Source of the DNA: an uncultured Erysipelotrichaceae bacterium | GTDB taxonomy: Bacteria > Bacillota_I > Bacilli_A > Erysipelotrichales > Erysipelotrichaceae | Assembly: GCA_964457525.1 (NCBI GenBank) | Contig: CAYWGS010000005.1 | Location: forward strand, 1 to 29,375 | Reading direction: 5' to 3' | DNA length: 29,375 nucleotides | In this document: piece after piece, positions 27,360 through 29,375 of the stretch | Position numbering within the stretch: position 1 is the stretch's first letter | Layout: the number at the start of each line of letters is the position of its first letter | Translations under genes and position numbers: made by a program | Notes under the pieces: model-generated | What the model was told of the DNA's origin: nothing | The model's input: the letters and a program-made list of their open reading frames with translations, nothing else | Databases searched by the model: none

Positions 27360-28228
27360 TGGACAAAGCAATCATTATTAAAAATATTTCAAATCGATAT
27401 ACAATCTTAACCGAGGACCAACAAGAACTCATTGCGCAAGGAAGTGGTAAGCTCAAGTTTAATTCTTTACCTTTAGTAGGGGATCATGTGGAATATGAGC
27501 TTCGTGAAGATGTGGTTATGATGACAAAGGTTTTACCGCGTCATAATGAGATGAAACGACCTTCTATTGCGAATGTTGATCAAGCATTGATTGTGATGAG
27601 TGCCGTTAAACCTGATTTCTCTACACAACTCGTTGATCGTTTTGTTTGGCTGGTTCGTAACGCGAACATTGAACCGGTATTAATCGTGACTAAACTTGAT
27701 TTAGTACCTGATGATAGTTCAATTTATCAAGATCTTAACCAATATGAAAAAGATGGAATAAAAGTCATTCGCATCGCGCGTGGTAAAGAAATTATTGGTT
27801 TAGAAGATACAATCAAAGATAAGATTAGTGTTTTAACGGGTCAATCCGGAGTCGGTAAATCCACATTACTCAATCGTTTAAATCCAGGTTTTGTTTTACA
27901 AACACAAGAAATATCCAAAGCATTAGGTCGTGGTAAACATACAACTCGACATGTACAACTCTATCCAATTGTAGGAGGATGGGTTGCGGATACACCTGGT
28001 TTCTCATCTCTTGAGTTTGGAGATATTGAATTAAAGACATTTGATTTATTGGTTAAAGAATTTGATCCATATCGTGAGAAATGTCAATTTAGAGATTGTT
28101 CACATGTGAATGAACCTAAATGTGCTGTTAAAGATGCGGTTAATCAAAATCTTATCAATAAAGATCGATATACCCATTATCTAGAAGTTAGACAACTTAT
28201 CATCGATGAAAGGAAAACATACAAATGA
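27359..28228 (+). CDS. rsgA: Ribosome small-subunit biogenesis GTPase RsgA (YloQ/CpgA)
   Basis: The circularly permuted GTPase motifs are TKLDL (NKxD-like), GQSGVGKST and DTPGF. The C-terminal zinc motif is CQFRDCSHVNEPKCAV. Confidence 0.92.
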   Translation: MDKAIIIKNISNRYTILTEDQQELIAQGSGKLKFNSLPLVGDHVEYELREDVVMMTKVLPRHNEMKRPSIANVDQALIVMSAVKPDFSTQLVDRFVWLVRNANIEPVLIVTKLDLVPDDSSIYQDLNQYEKDGIKVIRIARGKEIIGLEDTIKDKISVLTGQSGVGKSTLLNRLNPGFVLQTQEISKALGRGKHTTRHVQLYPIVGGWVADTPGFSSLEFGDIELKTFDLLVKEFDPYREKCQFRDCSHVNEPKCAVKDAVNQNLINKDRYTHYLEVRQLIIDERKTYK

Positions 28229-28878
28229 TCATTGCACCTTCTCTCTTGAGTATGGATTTTACTCAAACCCTTAAACAATTAAATGAAATAAAAGAGAGTC
28301 AAGCGACTTGGCTTCATTTTGATGTGATGGATGGTCATTTCGTTCCTAATCTAAGTTTTGGACCAGATATTTGTAAACAAGTACGTAAGCATAGTGATTT
28401 GTTTATGGATGTGCATATTATGGTGAGTGATCCAAATTATTTCTCGGATGTGTTTATTGAGGCTGGAGCGGATTTAATTACGTTCCATCTTGAAGCTTGT
28501 CAATCTGAGGAAGAAGTATTATCGATTATCAAAAAGATTCATGATAAAGGGATAAAAGTTGGATTAACCATTAAACCAGCAACCGATGTTAAAGACTTAC
28601 TTCCATTTATGGATAAGATTGATTTAGTTCTTATCATGAGTGTTAATCCTGGATATGGTGGACAAAGCTTTATTCCAAGTGCATTGGATAAGATTGCATT
28701 CTTACGTCAGTATATTGATGAAAATAAATTATCCTGTTTAATTGAAGTGGATGGTGGAATCAATGCGGAAACAGCACAATGGGTTCTTGATGCTGGTGTT
28801 GATGTCTTAGTTGCGGGTAGTTATATCTTTAAGAATGATATCAAGGAAACAATCAATACATTATGGAATCTGAAGTAA
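28225..28878 (+). CDS. rpe: Ribulose-phosphate 3-epimerase
   Basis: The blocks IAPSLLS, HFDVMDGHFVPN, MSVNPGYGGQSF and EVDGGIN are present. It overlaps rsgA by ATGA. Confidence 0.93.
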   Translation: MIIAPSLLSMDFTQTLKQLNEIKESQATWLHFDVMDGHFVPNLSFGPDICKQVRKHSDLFMDVHIMVSDPNYFSDVFIEAGADLITFHLEACQSEEEVLSIIKKIHDKGIKVGLTIKPATDVKDLLPFMDKIDLVLIMSVNPGYGGQSFIPSALDKIAFLRQYIDENKLSCLIEVDGGINAETAQWVLDAGVDVLVAGSYIFKNDIKETINTLWNLK

Positions 28879-29375
28879 CCTTAGTTTTAAGGGATGTACC
28901 TTATCAAGTTAAAGGGGATTGTGTTGGGGTTGAGCGTGGAGCTTATGCTTTAGTTCGAGACCAACATGCTTTAGTTTGTGCAATAGGGGACTTTGATTCA
29001 ATTAATGTGAATGAGTATGAAGTCATTCAAAACAAGGTTAAGAATATAATAAAAGTATCATCCATTAAGGATGAATCCGATAGTGAACTTGCTGTACAAT
29101 GGTGTATTAATCAAGGATATACGCGTATCCACGTTTATGGGGCATTAGATGAACGTTTAGATCATCAACATATCAATTGTTTACTTGCGTATAAATACCC
29201 TCAAATCATTTTATATAACGATATAAACAAGATACAAGCCTATGAAGTAGGTGACTATTTAATTGAGAAAGAGGAATATTTGTATTTCTCTGTTTTTGCC
29301 TATCATCCAGCAAATATAAGTTTGATTGGATTTAAGTATCCATTAAATCATTATGATCTTAATATAGATGAGTTA
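28863..29375 (+). CDS. thiN: Thiamine diphosphokinase, 3'-partial (runs off the window end; not in the ORF track because no stop is reached)
   Basis: I translated it by hand from ATG 28863 and found 171 codons with no stop. The translation contains GDFDS, KDESDSELA and RLDHQ, typical of TPK. It overlaps the rpe end by 16 nt, and its position matches yloS/thiN in B. subtilis. Confidence 0.75.
   Translation, partial: MESEVTLVLRDVPYQVKGDCVGVERGAYALVRDQHALVCAIGDFDSINVNEYEVIQNKVKNIIKVSSIKDESDSELAVQWCINQGYTRIHVYGALDERLDHQHINCLLAYKYPQIILYNDINKIQAYEVGDYLIEKEEYLYFSVFAYHPANISLIGFKYPLNHYDLNIDEL

Overview
This window looks like core chromosome from a low-GC Firmicute with a cell wall. It uses the standard genetic code, since TGA acts as a stop. 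At the left edge sits a 5'-truncated IS21-family element (istA/istB) that is visibly richer in GC than the host DNA. Reading rightward, the genes are as follows. A membrane-anchored metallophosphoesterase is divergently paired with a LiaF-like membrane protein. def-rnj lie on the minus strand. A SEDS (FtsW/RodA) gene is followed by rsmD and coaD. A complete HrcA/CIRCE heat-shock locus (hrcA-grpE-dnaK-dnaJ) has clpB attached directly downstream. A tightly packed uncharacterised trio follows: a flippase-like membrane protein, a small lipoprotein and a DUF45/YgjP-like metallopeptidase. rqcH (NFACT) and a small 2-TM ORF lie on the minus strand. The window ends with the conserved 'ylo' cluster gmk-priA-rsmB-rlmN-stp-pknB-rsgA-rpe-thiN, whose last gene runs off the window. 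I found no tRNA, rRNA or CRISPR, and no convincing novel multi-gene system such as a defence, toxin or secretion system. Almost every ORF has a recognisable housekeeping identity and is packed with ATGA/TAATG overlaps. Six observations are worth a second look. (1) Three genes (SEDS, flippase-like, priA) lack a Shine-Dalgarno and have an extended -10 box (TGnTAnAAT) 6-8 nt upstream of the ATG, which suggests leaderless mRNAs. (2) The metallophosphoesterase has several canonical metal-site residues replaced. (3) The IS21 right end carries a phased 23-bp repeat array, followed by an orphan perfect palindrome. (4) Two CIRCE elements bracket the hrcA promoter, and clpB has no room for its own promoter. 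(5) The membrane/lipoprotein/peptidase trio is uncharacterised. (6) Relative to the B. subtilis ylo region, rpoZ, coaBC, def and fmt are missing. All calls rest on reading motifs by eye, and no database search was possible.
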